Positions 12,271 to 24,938 of a stretch of DNA of 64,000 nucleotides are shown one piece after another. Origin of the DNA: Octopus sinensis. Taxonomy: Eukaryota. Below the pieces are notes generated by a model. That model worked only from the letters and a program-made list of their open reading frames with translations, ran no database searches and was not told the DNA's origin. The DNA lies in the NCBI RefSeq assembly GCF_006345805.1, contig NC_043005.1:28768001-28832000 (forward strand). The letters are read 5' to 3'. The position numbers were made by a program, and so were the translations under genes. Position 1 is the stretch's first letter. The number at the start of each line of letters is the position of its first letter.

Positions 12271-13155
12271 AACCAGAATGGAGCTGAAAAAAAGCAAAAG
12301 TTGAAATGTCAGGGTGAACCTTCAAGGTGTGAGGTGAATAGGAGTGGGCAGAATCAGAAGAACAAAGTGTGTAGATGGATTGATGTTGAAACAATGTATA
12401 GGAAGATGATTATCTTAAATAACTTCGACTGTCTGTTATATCACAACTGGAAATATTAATTTCAACATGGCAAAAATAACGAATATAAATGTTAGTTTTC
12501 TCACTGTTCAAAGTTGTTGTATTTCTTCATATGTTAAGTAGAGTGAGTTAAGTGCCTTGGATATAGACACAATGGAATTATAATCATATGAACCAGAAAT
12601 ATAAGCCATCATCAACCAAGACAAACCAAAATTGGTACCCCAACAAACACTCTCTCACAGCTCTGGGATCAATCAATCAATCAACAAGCCAATCAATTAA
12701 ACAATGCATAGAGAAAAATAAATTGATTGGTAGAGAAGTGTTCAGCAATTGAATGAAATAAATAAATATAGTAATAGAATATGCCAAAAAGAATAATTTG
12801 GTGAAGCAGTCAAGGAGACTCCATTATTATTTGATTTTTTTTTTAACGCTGTCTTCAATAAGAAGAGCTTAAAATTGATCAGGGGAAAAATTCATTTTAA
12901 GAAGCACACACATATTTTACAGTTGGTTGATTCTTCTGAGTAGAAACCAGTCAATAAAAATGATTTCACTTTATGAAATTTGGCCAAATCGTCTCAGTTA
13001 CTGTCATGGATAAAATTGGGATTGGTGTTATGATAATGAAGACATTGCAACAGAATGTTGTCTGCTTTATGGTAGGCAGCTATCTAGTCTGTATAATGTT
13101 ATGTATACAATATTAGACAGTTAACTTGTCCATGTAATGTGTGTGTGTGTGTATG

Positions 13156-13290
<135 letters not shown>

Positions 13291-14281
13291 AACAAAAACG
13301 CAATAGAGAACATTAAAGCATTCAGACAGATAGATGATACAAAGGTGGACAAGAGAAACAACAATTAGAAGGACAGGCAAAAAAAGACGGGTCATTCATG
13401 GCCTTATTTCCTCAGTCAAGTTCCAGAAGTCATGACCATTTCAGACAGTTACACTTGAGATGGTTCGATCTGGTTGCCCCCAAAAAAGTCTAGGCTAAGA
13501 GCATTAGACCCCTTTGTAAGTAAGCTAGTGAATGCATATGACAACAAAGACACAAAAAACAAAAAAAAAACGGAGAACATGGTACACAATTACAAATACA
13601 AAGAAGAAATAACAGGTGTATTTCGAGTGAGAACAAATCAAATTGAGCTGGCGTGTATGAAGTGAAACCCTAAAGGCAGGAACATAGGAGATAGACATAA
13701 GAGGTGTTGGCAGTCGGCCAAGAAAGAAAGATCACGGCTGGCCGGACACTGGTCACATGGAAGGAAGAGAGATGGGTAAGGGGCAGTGGGATTGAAGGAT
13801 TAGAAAAAAATCAGAGACAAAGAGAAAGGTACAGGGGAGATAAACAGGTGAGAAATAGTGGGAGTTAAAGAAAGAGGGCCAAGAAATGTGAGGGGGAGCA
13901 AGAAAAATGAAAAGTGATTAATTAAAAAAATTGACCAACCTTAAGCTGTTTCAATTCTAGACCTTCAGAAAATTAATTAATAAAATTTAAAATTATTTGA
14001 AAGTCGAATCTCATCAGAGGCAAATAATTTTTAATTTTATTAATTCATTTTCTGAAGGTGTAGAATTGAAACAGCTGTAAGAGATGTCTGTCAATTTTTT
14101 CATTAATAAATAATAATTTATTAACTATCTCTCTCTTTTCTTATCTTAGGGTAATAAATAAATATATATTTACAGTTGAATATTAATTGTAATGTTCAAC
14201 ATTTTTTTGTATAGGTAAGTAACCAGTATTTTCATAGGATTTTGCTATCCCTTAATGAGGTATGTAACGTTTATTTGAACT

Positions 14282-14313
<32 letters not shown>

Positions 14314-14329
14314 CATACACACACACACA

Positions 14330-14368
<39 letters not shown>

Positions 14369-15543
14369 ATAAATATACATACATACACATATATATATAT
14401 ATCATTGTTTTACTGTCCACTTTTCCATGCTTGCACAGGCTTTTCTATAATCAGATGCCCTTCCGGTTATGAATATACATTTGGAAACAATTGGGGTAAT
14501 AATCTTCAAGTCTATTGAACAGCAAACAGCCTGGACATGTTTACATGGAGAACCAGAAACAAACAACACTGCATGAACAAGATTTTTGTTTATAAAAATC
14601 ATACATGTTCGAAAATATAAGGACACAGATCGTGTCGTATAGCCAGCTGGAGACTGTCTCCTGGGGCTAAATTACAGCAACATTCGTCCTAAACCAGGAC
14701 TGCCATGTTATGTTGACAAACAATCTTTACTCCAAAGTACTGTTGCTGAATATCTCTAGTTATGAGATTTACAAATAGTAATTTTCTAATGTCAAAACAT
14801 ATCAAGGGGCCTAGAAATGCTTTTGTGATAGCTAAGTGAGCAAACACTTGTACATGAGGGAAATAAATTCACCCACACAAACGGCTTCTTTTCAGTTTCC
14901 CCTCTACCAAATCCACTCACAATACTTTGGTTGATCCAGAACTATAGGAGAAATATCAATGTGTGACTGAACCCAAAATCATTTGGATGGTAAGTGAACT
15001 ACACATGCACACGTGTGCATGTGCACAGATAGTTTAAGAAGCTTGCTTCCCAACTACCAAATCCACTCAGAAGGCTTTGATTGGCCTGTGACTATAGTAG
15101 ACACCTGCCCACAATGCCATGCAGTGGAAATGACCCTCAAAACCATATAGTTGGAAAGCAAAGTTATTAATTATACAGCCATGTACCAGATTTCATCTGA
15201 TATAGTAGGGTGCTGCATACAACCTTTACAAGTCCTTAAAATTCAAGTGATAGAAAAGCAAACTTAATGAGCGAAGTTTGACAGAGCAAAGACAGTCATA
15301 GAATAGGTGGAAGAGAAAAGGGGAACAGCTGGGTCAAAGATGAGTACTGAAAACTAAAGCTTTGCTTATCAGAATGATGTACTCCAGAATGTGATATATG
15401 CTGTATGATTAAAGAACACCCACATGTGTAGTGTTGTCTGAATTAACACTTTAAATACAATTAGATGAATGGTGAATGTAAAAGAATGGAAGTAAATAGT
15501 AACAGGCCATGTTATTAAACTACTACATATATAAAATACTTAC

Positions 15544-15577
15544 CCAACACACATTCCTTTTACTCCTTGTTCCCAAC
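15544..15577 (-). CDS. FKBP11: FKBP11-like PPIase, exon 4
   Basis: ttttcttttcag|GT TGG...GTT GG|gtaagt; 34 nt, phase 1/2. Encodes (G)WEQGVKGMCV(G). Confidence 0.96.
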
Positions 15578-15659
15578 CTGAAAAGAAAAAGAAAATTGTT
15601 GAGAGTCTGTCAAATTCAGATTGTTACACACAGAGCGGGTACATAAGTGCAACAATATC

Positions 15660-16210
15660 CCCAATGTATAAATGGGGTAATCTACTGCTGAACTGTTGGG
15701 TAATCTACCAGAGAACCTTAATATCTCCACTATACAGTGGGACTAATCTACCAGAATATCCAAGTATCTTTGTTGTACAGTGGGGAGATAATCTACCAAA
15801 AATCTCTGCTGTACAGTGGGATAACCTACTAAATGATCCTGAACAGAGCTCACATTTTGCATACAGCAATTGAAAGGATGAATAGTACAACCTGTACTGT
15901 GAATCTCAATTGATTGGGATCAATTGTTCAACTGCATTGAAGGTTAATCCACCAGAAGACCCTGGTATCTCCACTGTACAGTGGAGTAATCTGCCAGAGC
16001 CCTTAGTATCTCCATTGTACAGTGAAGTAATCTACAAGAGGGCCCTAGTGTCTCCACTGTACATGGTGCTGGTGGAAACCTAGTACCTATAATACACAGT
16101 GGTGGTAAGGTGCTAGTAAAACCATAGCACTTGCAACATTGTGGCAATATTGTTCTGGTGAAATCCTTTCTATCTATATTATAATGGTAAGGTACTGGTG
16201 GAACCCTAAA
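15660..16210. repeat. Degenerate ~40-bp minisatellite
   Basis: Recurring unit approximately ctccactgtacagtggagtaatctaccagagaccctagtat, in two clusters (15660-15840 and 15944-16090). Confidence 0.75.
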
Positions 16211-18939
16211 TATCTACTCTAAGGTGGTAAGCATTGGAGAATCCAAGTTAGCAATGCTATTTTGGTTCATGCTTATCTCAACACAATTCTTTTAACTCTA
16301 TCTTTCACTCAGAATATCTTTTTCATATTCTTAACAATGTGACAGAAATAAAACCGAACACCCAGTCTTCATCAATGGAACAGCACTTTATATGTTCATT
16401 AAGCCAGCTCATTATCTGACTTTAGAAAGTAATAACGATCTTCAGTGTATTACTGGTACCCATTTCATTGATCAATGATTGTTGGTTGAAATAACTGCCG
16501 CCTCTTACAAAATGTTCATACTGTGATTGAAAACAAAAGATGCTAACACCCTCAAGGAAGGCTGAGAAAGGAATCAATAGATGTCACTAGAAATGTGATG
16601 CAGACAATGCAAAATCTAATGACCCAGTATTTAATGGTGTGTAAGCACTAATGATAAAATAAAAATTGATCAACCCTAGCAGAATGAAAATTGAAGTCCA
16701 TTTTGGTAAGAGCAATTAAGTACAAAAGTAGGAAAGCCTCTGATTTGCTCTACATCAGGTGATAGTATTGTTTTCTTCTTCAGATACAAGATAAATTCCC
16801 AACTGGTATACTAGTTGTTGTTTAGCCAAAGGTAAAGCCTGATTAAACAGAACTATCTATGGGAATTGCTGTATGATTGAGAAGTTCACTTTGCAACTAT
16901 ATGATGGTTCTGGGTTCAATCCCACTGCATGGCACCTTGGGCAAATATCATCTCTTGTAGCTTCAGGTTGACCTTATGAGTGAAATTTGGTCAACAAACT
17001 CTACAGAAGCCTCCAACAATTATTGATACTCTACAAAGCTGAAGTGAGGCCTACAATGGTGTTTACTCCCTTATCTAAGATGGTGTTGCTGCTGCATACT
17101 TATCTTTGTTGTGTCCAATCCCCACACTAATAATTATGTCCAATCTTCCCTTCCCAGAAGTTCAACCATCTAAAATTCCCTCCATGTTCATGTCTCACCC
17201 ACAAATGTTGTCTTAGAAAAGTTCAAGAGAAATATCAAAGACATCAATCTCAGCTGTCTTGAAGGGTCTGGCACTGGTACTTCCTCCTGACCCAGCAAGA
17301 AGATATGTGTGTGTGTGATTACAAGCTAAAAACAGGTGTTGTGTCCCTTTATGTCTCCTAACTCGGTGGTTTGACAAATAGAGATCAATAAAATAAGCAC
17401 CAAACTAAAACAATCGCTGATCAATTAAAATCCTGGAAAGCAGTGTTCCAACATGGCAGCAGTCCAGTGACTTGAACCAAAGAATAAAAGAATTTCTATG
17501 ATGAAAGACATTCCAACTATGACTACCCCAGCATTTTATAGCTATCTTGAACTACATTATACAGTGACAGGAATATTCAGCAGTCAGATCGCTACACCCA
17601 ATGTCATGATTTGCTAGAATATTACCCATGTGATAAAAAAATATAACCAAGCACGACTTCACGTGGAATAGACTCCAGCAATGATTTCATCTTTTGGCTT
17701 CTTTCTGAGCCTGTGATTATAAACTCAACATGCTTTAGCTGCTTAACGAGAAACACAGCAAAGACAAGATGGCAGACAGGTGGCGAACAGCTGTTGATGC
17801 AAGCTGACAGCAGCTAAACAATGACGAATGCTGACAGCAACACTGGCACCAACCACTTTGTCATTGAAATCACACCAAAATCAATAAGTCAAACTCTCAA
17901 TGTTTTGTTGTTCGTAATAACAAGAATATTTACTTTTTGTTTACAGGAAGAATAAAAATGTTGTTTATCACCAATCTCACAGATTCAGTGTTCTTCTTTA
18001 TACAGTCCTTATTGTTTTCTTTAAGGGGCCACAAGAAGATTTTACTGCTATTTCTAGCAAGTCAAATAACCATATAGAGGGTTCCTTCCTCATTGGCTCA
18101 TAATCATTTAAATTCCGAAGAGGGTTAATTTACTTTTCTAAAGGAGTTAATTCTTTTTACTAGGGAATAAATTTTATGGGATATTTATTTTCCCAGAGAA
18201 TCAGTATATTTTACTCAGGAGTTAATTTATTTTACAAAGAAGTTGTTTCACCAAAGAATTTCATACAAAACCATATTTTTTGGCATGGAAGATGAAATTT
18301 TGCCGCAAAACAAAATCTTGAAAATTACCATGCAACTTCCATGATGACAGTTGAGAAGTTACTGCTGTGGTTTTCTTGAGTCTAACTGAAATCAGTTAGA
18401 CCCAAGAAAATGAAAGGTGTCATTTCATAACTTAGCAATTGCAATTATTTTCTATGCTTTAAAACATTTTATTTAACTAATATTGTTGATATAATTACAA
18501 TTACTCGCTAATTAAAAGAATAATCACAAAGCAAAGAGCATTGTGTTGTGTACTACAATAATATATTACCCAGCAGCAGATCACCAGGGAGGTGGCCATT
18601 GTCTGGTGATCCCATTCAATACCAAACATGAGCACTCTGTTGGTTTGCCTGATAATTTTATCTGATAACAAGTGTTTAGTGTATGCTTGCTGAACACTGC
18701 CCACTCATGTGAACAAGTCTATCATCATTATCGTTTAAAATCCACTTTTGCCAGGCTTGACAGAATTTGTGAAAGAGTTTCTACAACCAGATGCTCTTCC
18801 TATTGCCAACCCTCACCGGTGTCCAAGCAAGGTAATATTTCCGATGAAAGACTGGAAATGAACATCATTTGTACCATGATGCTTGTTTACAACCATTACA
18901 TGATGTCAACACATGGCTACATTCATGACACACTTACAA

Positions 18940-18970
<31 letters not shown>

Positions 18971-19122
18971 CATATACAAACATAATGGTAAGTATAAACA
19001 TTTTTCTTCCAAGAATTACATTTTCAAAATCAGAGAACATATTCCATGATGCAGTATCTACCATGCTGCAAACTATGGTAAAAAAATAAGATTATTAAAG
19101 AATTTAAAAAATGAAGTATTAC

Positions 19123-19216
19123 CAGGAATAACCATTGATTCTCCTAATATGAATTCTACAGGGTTCTTATTCTGTTTTATTGAACTGTCAAATATTTCGC
19201 CATTCTCCAGGTATCC
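19123..19216 (-). CDS. FKBP11: FKBP11-like PPIase, exon 3
   Basis: atcttttag|GGA...CCT G|gtaata; 94 nt, phase 0/1. Encodes GYLENGEIFDSSIKQNKNPVEFILGESMVIP(G), with FDSS and VIPG motifs. Confidence 0.95.
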
Positions 19217-20392
19217 CTAAAAGATAAAGTTAAACAGGTGTATAATAACAACAACAACTTGTGATAAAGAGAAAAGAAAGGAGATGAAGGGACTCAATAT
19301 TCAGTCATAATTTTTAAAGAACAACCTCAAAAATCTTATGTCATAATAATAATAATAATAATGGCTCAATGAACAAACAGACTTAGAGAATGTCTTAAAA
19401 CATGGATCTAGTCTACTCAGTTGTTGTGTAGTCTCAGGTAGGTCCTGATCCAACAGACCTATAATAAAAGTTAGTTTGCATTACAGTAAAAAAAAAATTC
19501 ATGGTTTTATCAGAATATGAAGATGACACAAGCGAGAGGTGTTGACTATCTCCAACAACTGAATAAAGAAGTCTCCACAACATTATGTATTTATTTTTCA
19601 TCATCATCATTTAGCATTCCTTTCACCATGCTGGCATGGGTTGGATGGTTCAATAAGAACAGATGACTGAGCAGGCTGTACCAGATTCTATGTCTGCTTT
19701 GGAATGGTTTCTACTGCTTGATGCCATTTCTAATGCCAACCAATTAATAGTGTGCTGGGTGCTTTTTATGTGACACCAGCACTGGTAAGGTCACCAAGTA
19801 CTTGTAGGATAAGATCTCTCAACTGGAGAAATAAGAAACTATGATGGAGGGAGAGAGGCAGGTGTCTTGCTGAAGAGGTGAACACATGGCTTGCTCACCT
19901 GGAAAGTGAGAGAAAATAGAGACATGAGCTCCAGGTCCAACGTGAATATGAGACGGAGTAGGAAGTGAACTGAGTGAAAAAAATAGTGTGGAAGATGATT
20001 AGAGATAGGGAGTGAGTTGGACAGAGAGGATGTCAGTTCAGTGTAGCAGGAAGCAAAGAAAACAGAAGTTGTGGGGGAAGGCATGACAGCCTCAATTCTG
20101 CTGAGATGGATGGATCTTCTCGCTTGATATTTCATAACTAAATTTCTGGTGAAATGTGCTGCCTTTGTTTTAATAAATTTTGAAACTAATAAAGAATATT
20201 TAATAAAAATAACTTTGTCATTAATTATCTGGTGTTTGGAATATAATATAGCATGAAATTTTGATGGAAAAACTTTATTTAGATTAGTTTAAAACAGGAA
20301 AGTAGTTTCACAAAATCAGGATAGTTTTGGGTAAGTTGGTATCGAAAAAGATAAGCAAGAAAATATTTAGAATTCAAGAAATCTGTACTTAC

Positions 20393-20455
20393 TGTGTAAT
20401 GTACAAACACCTGGTCTCCATTTTCAGCCACCTCTTCACATGTTTCTGGTTTGTA
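20393..20455 (-). CDS. FKBP11: FKBP11-like PPIase, exon 2
   Basis: tcttgtag|TAC...ACA|gtaagt; 63 nt, phase 0/0. Encodes YKPETCEEVAENGDQVFVHYT, containing the FKBP GD-x-V-x-VHYT motif. Confidence 0.95.
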
Positions 20456-20539
20456 CTACAAGAGATAAGATATAGTTGCCATTATAAAAGATTAATGATA
20501 GATAGTTAGAAGAGACTGATAGATTGAGAATGAAATCCT

Positions 20540-21200
20540 AAAAGTTAAATGGTTCATTAGAAGAGAAACACACACACACAGATGCTATTGTGGAAATAAA
20601 AAGAGAAATGAGCACTTGCAAATTTCATTCAATACTGACTGAGTCTCAGAATGAAAGTTCTGATGTGTCAGGCTGTTGTGCTTTTCACACTGCTCTCTGG
20701 CTGTGACAGGTGGATTGTGTTTCAACGTCAACGACATAGACTAGTGAGACTTCCTCATGCAAAACTACAATCAATCCTGGACATAAATGAGATTGCCATT
20801 CCACAAACAACAAAGCATTGGCAAGAACAAAATATCTAAGAATCCAAACTATCATTGATAAACACCAACTTTGATGATAAGGGTATTTAAAAAGAATCCC
20901 AGACACAAGAATACCCAAATTAATTACACTATGTACTCTGAATTTACAGAAGATCATTGCTAGTGTACCAAAGAAATACTTTTGTGACTATGAAGATCAT
21001 TCTCTTGGTCAACATCCAATTTAACCACTGGGAAAACAAAGCTGAAGACTCTAAGAACAGGAGGCAAGTATGCAGAGAGGAGCCATTGGTGTCAGCCATA
21101 TTTGACATCAACAAGCCAAAGGATAAAGAATTAGGAGAAAAGAAAGAGCTTGATAATAACTTCAGGGACAAGGGAAATCTTGGTAAATGGAGTGTTGATT
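20540..21200 (+). mobile_element. RTE (BovB-like) LINE 3' fragment
   Basis: MKVLMCQAVVLFTLLSGCDRWIVF resembles KLKVYRAVVLTTLLYGCETW. Multiple stops. Lies ~85 bp from the exon 2 acceptor. Confidence 0.7.
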
Positions 21201-21585
21201 CTGTGCCCAACAATTTCTGAAACACTGGAAGGGACAGTCATAGAAAATGGAAATATCAACAACATTGAAGAAACCTTGGAAATATCTTTGACACTGAAGA
21301 AACACCAAGACAGTATATATGGCTCATGTATTTATATAGTATCATCGTTGTGCTAACATGCACTTTTCCATGCCTGCATGGGTCAGAGGGAATTCATTTC
21401 ATTGAGGCAGGTATTCCAGATGTCCTTCTTGTTACCAGACTCACTTCTTTCCAAATAAGATACTATTTCCCTATGACTTGACATGTTTTCATGGAAGATT
21501 GAAAATGAATGACACCACTTGTATAACTGTGGCACTTGTTTACAATATCAAAACAAAGGCACAAGTACACACACACACATATATA

Positions 21586-21648
<63 letters not shown>

Positions 21649-21727
21649 CTAAGTCTCTCTAAAAGAGAACAACGGCAGCGTTCCCGGAAAATATTAGTTA
21701 TCACCATACTAATATGGCATTCTTATA

Positions 21728-21775
<48 letters not shown>

Positions 21776-21785
21776 AACACACATA

Positions 21786-23051
21786 CAGGGGTTGGACAAA
21801 ATAATGGAAACACCTTAAAATTATTTTTTTAAATTATTTTAATATGGGGTAGGACCGCCTTTGGCCATAATTACACCTTGAATTCTATGAGGTATGGACT
21901 CATCATACAAAGTTTGAATTGTTTCCAAAAGAATTTTTGTTCATTTTTCAGCTAAAACAGTCTCCAGTTCTTGTAGTGATGATGGAGGATATCGACTCCT
22001 TACTTGTTTTTCTAAAATGCACCATAAATGTTCAATAATATTGAGATCTGGGGACTGTGGTAGCCAGATAAGGTGTTCCACTTCAATAGAATGCTCTTCG
22101 TGCCATTCAGTAACAACTTTAGCTATGTGAATTGGTGCATTATCATCCTGAAAGATTTCTTTTCCCTATGGAAACAGTTCTGTAATTATAGGATGAATTT
22201 GATCAGATAAAATGCTTAAATAGTCTTGACTATTAATTGTGCCATGAAGGGAAACCATTGTGCTGGCGGATTTCCAAGATATAGCCCCCGCTCCCTAGAT
22301 CATCACAGATCCTCCTCCATGTTTAATAGTTGGAAGAAGGTAGTCTGGGTCAAATGCTTCTTTTGACCGTCTCCACACATATATTTGGCCAGTGGTCGGA
22401 AATAAGGTAAAAGATGACTCATTTGAGAAAATAACATTCTTCCACTGCTCTAGGGACCAATTCTATAGGTTTTTGCTCTACTCTAAAAACTTTGCAATGT
22501 TTGTTTTTGAAAGTAGTGGTTTTCTGATTGCAGCTCTCCTGTGAAATCTGGTATTGTGCAGCTCCCGATGAACAATTTTAGGAGAAACTGGGTTCTCGAG
22601 GTGGTCATTAAGCTCTGCAGTAATTTTGGGAGTTCTACTTTTGTGATCCTTTCTAACAATTCGTGTAAGAGTCCGACGATCCCCATCTGAAAGTTTTGAT
22701 TTTCTTCTGAAGTTTTGCTTCGATGAGGAGGTTTTTCCCTCTTTCTCAAAGGCTGTCATTACTTTCGAGACAGTACTTCTTGATACACTAGCGCCTGCCA
22801 TATGAGTACCAACAATTTGACCTCTTTGAAAGTCTGATATATCTGTCATTTTAATGAATGTTAATTACTTTCTTCTGATGATATCTGAAAAGAAACTGAT
22901 ATCTGAAAAGAAGCAATTTTAGTAAAACATTTTAACCAACACTAATAATAAATCAAAACACAAAAATAAACAAGCTTTTGATGCCTTTACAGATATTTCA
23001 AAATTATGATGCTATGATGCTAGGTGTTTTCATTATTTTGTCTAACCCCTG
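21786..23051 (-). mobile_element. Tc1-like DNA transposon (DD34E type), full length, degenerate transposase
   Basis: ~30-bp TIRs caggggttggacaaaataatggaaacacc / ggtgttttcattattttgtctaacccctg, flanked by TA on both sides. ORF 22478-22849 encodes an HTH-type N-terminus (MTDISDFQRGQIVG...AAIRKPLLSK). Confidence 0.93.
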
Positions 23052-23057
23052 TATATA

Positions 23058-24190
23058 TATAACTCACAGAAATTCCAACTCTCTGATTTTCACGTTTTAT
23101 TTACAATCTTATAATAATATAATGAAATGATAGAATATTAAATTTCCGTTCTGATTGAGCTCGTATTTTCATGCATTAAACTATGCAATCTTCAGGTTCA
23201 TGTAGTAGAGGTGACAGTTATGTTTTACAATTTACAACTGTAGCAAAATAGCTAAGATGTGTGCCTCAAATACATTTGTATAGGCTCCAGAATGTTATGT
23301 TTTGCAAACTGTATTCTGACCAATCAGTGTGAGGCTTTACTAAATTACTTTAAATTGACTGGTGTTTGATTTAGGCGTCATAGCTTGTTGAACATGTCAA
23401 GAAACCTGGAATTTATTAAAGAAGTTCTTTTCTCTGATTTTTCTCTCCATTTCACTAGGACTGTGTAGTTTGTAGAATGGAAATATAAATATTTTCCAAC
23501 CACATGTTGCTAAATAGTTACTCAAAGGTATCTGAAGGACATCTGGGTCTTTAATTTGCTGCCAGTGCACACGAGAACATTCTGATAGTGCATTTTCAGT
23601 CTGACCCACATATAGTTCTTCATAATTCGGGCATTTGAAGCAGGAAATTAATTTTCTACTTTTGCAAATCATATTTGTGTTTATGAATATTTTTCTAGTT
23701 TTTGTGTTCATATATTGGCCGGTATGCATGAATTGGCATGTGCCACATTGGTTATCATTGCATTTAGATACAGTGAATGATTGGTCTTTGTTGCTAAGGT
23801 CAAACTTTGCCTTTGTTAATAATTTTAAAATATTTTTAGGCTGTCTTTTACTAAGAGCCATAGTTCAATCTCTGATTATATCTTTTAATTCATTACTTTG
23901 AGCAATGATTGGTAGGTTTGCTTTGGTAATGTTGAAGATATTCTTGAGACATGGGTTGTGTGTCACTATAAATGGTATGACTTGTTCCTGTTTTCCTCTT
24001 CCTTGGGTTGTCCTCAGTTGTTGTATGTCTTCATACAAATTCACTGCAGTTATTGTTGAGAAACTTTTCTCTTATGGTAAAAAGGTATGAAAACCAAACA
24101 TATATTGACAAAGTACCTGATTTGATAGACCTCCCAGATGAGTGCTACTTGTCAGTGATAGTAGAGGGTAGAAAGCCAGATGTCACTTAA
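23058..24190 (-). mobile_element. Penelope-like element remnant (RT tail, GIY-YIG endonuclease, 3' terminus)
   Basis: ORF 23397-23861 encodes CNDNQCGTCQF...KLISCFKCPNYEELYVGQTEN...RVHWQQIK, a GIY-YIG with PLE-type Cys motif. The 3' terminal region 23058-23390 is shared with the 55-kb copy. Confidence 0.85.
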
Positions 24191-24938
24191 AGGCTTTCTG
24201 CCCTCAAAAAAAGACAAACTGTCCACTGCAGCCAACACCACAAACACAAAGTCCAGTAGAAGCACTAAGGACTCCAACATTCACACCCAAATGAAAACAA
24301 TGAAAGCGTTTACTCATGGCTCCCATGGAAAAGCAAGCTTCCTCTGAATGTCCTGCTCCCCAAACCAACAACAGCAATGACATGGAGAGAGAAGAGTAGG
24401 CCAAAACTTGGATTACAATCACAAAAGGAAGCATACAAAATACAGGGAGGGTACATATCCCTATTCCAAGAACACAGCAAAAACAAACACAGAAACCACA
24501 ACTGCAGCCCAATTCACAACCACAACATCATCAAAAAGAAAACAAAGAAACAATCAATAATGAAACTGCGTAAACAACAAACTATTTCAAACTGTATGCA
24601 AAATACATCCATCAACTTCACTGTTGTGAACAAAAACAGTGAATTGATGGATTATGTGTATCAAAATAAAAACAAAATTGAGGCAGAGGGAAAGGAATTT
24701 TAGGATGAAATCCTCAAAACCCCAAAGGACAGATTATTGATAAGAATGTCCGCACACATTTAAAAATCAATTCAGGAAAAATTCTCAGCTAGTTGAAATT
24801 TTTAAGTAAATAATGAACAAAAGGCTTTTAAAAGGACTTTTTGAAAATATTCACCAGTAGAGAGGTCCAGAACATCCAGGTTTCTTGAGAATCAAGGTAA
24901 GTGACCTTCTTTTTTTTTTAATTCAAACTAGCATAACT

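Noticed and set aside
13300-13690. Repeat with ctgagga...gaatgac on the minus strand, a possible hammerhead
   Set aside because: No complete GAAA box or coherent stems; too degenerate to call.
15002-15023. Perfect 22-bp palindrome cacatgcacacgtgtgcatgtg (also the 10-bp-stem hairpin at 8326-8349)
   Set aside because: The first lies in alternating purine-pyrimidine low-complexity DNA where palindromes are common; neither has supporting context.
15660-16090. CRISPR-like repeat array
   Set aside because: Eukaryotic intron; units are contiguous and degenerate with no unique spacers, so it is a minisatellite.
18560-18615. U1-snRNA-like words (atattacc..gcag, gatcac..aggtgg, ccattg) and a 9-bp hairpin gatcaccag/ctggtgatc
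   Set aside because: Spacing is incompatible with U1 stem-loops and there is no Sm site or remaining helices; likely chance.
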